NCBI GenBank assembly: GCA_043228905.1
Contig: JBHGNT010000492.1
Location: 1 to 22,978 of the forward strand
Length of the DNA stretch: 22,978 bases
DNA from: Azolla caroliniana
Taxonomy: Eukaryota > Plantae > Polypodiophyta
Direction of reading: 5' to 3'
Position 1 is the first letter of the stretch. Each line of letters opens with the position of its first letter. Below are positions 22,937 through 22,978 of this stretch, piece by piece. The notes beneath the pieces were generated by a model. That model saw only the letters and a list, made by a program, of their open reading frames with translations, did not search any database and was not told the DNA's origin. The position numbers and the translations under genes were made by a program.

Positions 22937-22978
22937 TTAACATCTACTAGAGCCCAAAAATGTTCGATAAGACAAACT

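Overview
Eukaryotic land-plant genomic DNA. A fern or other non-seed plant is a guess from the repeat types and is not proven. The left ~10 kb is a nest of decayed retroelements. A Ty1/copia element (minus strand; LTR 1528-1864, PBS, gag with an internal stop, running off the left edge) is inserted into ORF2 of an L1/Tx1-type LINE (minus, ~1865-7790). The LINE's endonuclease is split by an 874-bp TG...CA solo-LTR-like insert (4738-5611) carrying two tRNA-like modules. Next come the 3' half of a second L1-type LINE and tRNA-headed SINE copies. The right part holds two convergent intact genes: a complete 12-exon TON2/FASS PP2A B'' subunit gene (+, 11149-15339, with one GC-AG intron) and the last 7 exons of a SnRK1 beta-gamma/SNF4 gene (-, 16512-19970). 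The SNF4 introns carry RTE/RTEX-type LINE fragments. The most interesting observation is a SINE (9952-10265) with a tRNA-like head whose 3' stem-loop tail matches the 3' UTR of the RTE-type LINE at 21168-22212. This is a candidate SINE/partner-LINE pair visible in one window. All calls were made by eye, with no database searches.
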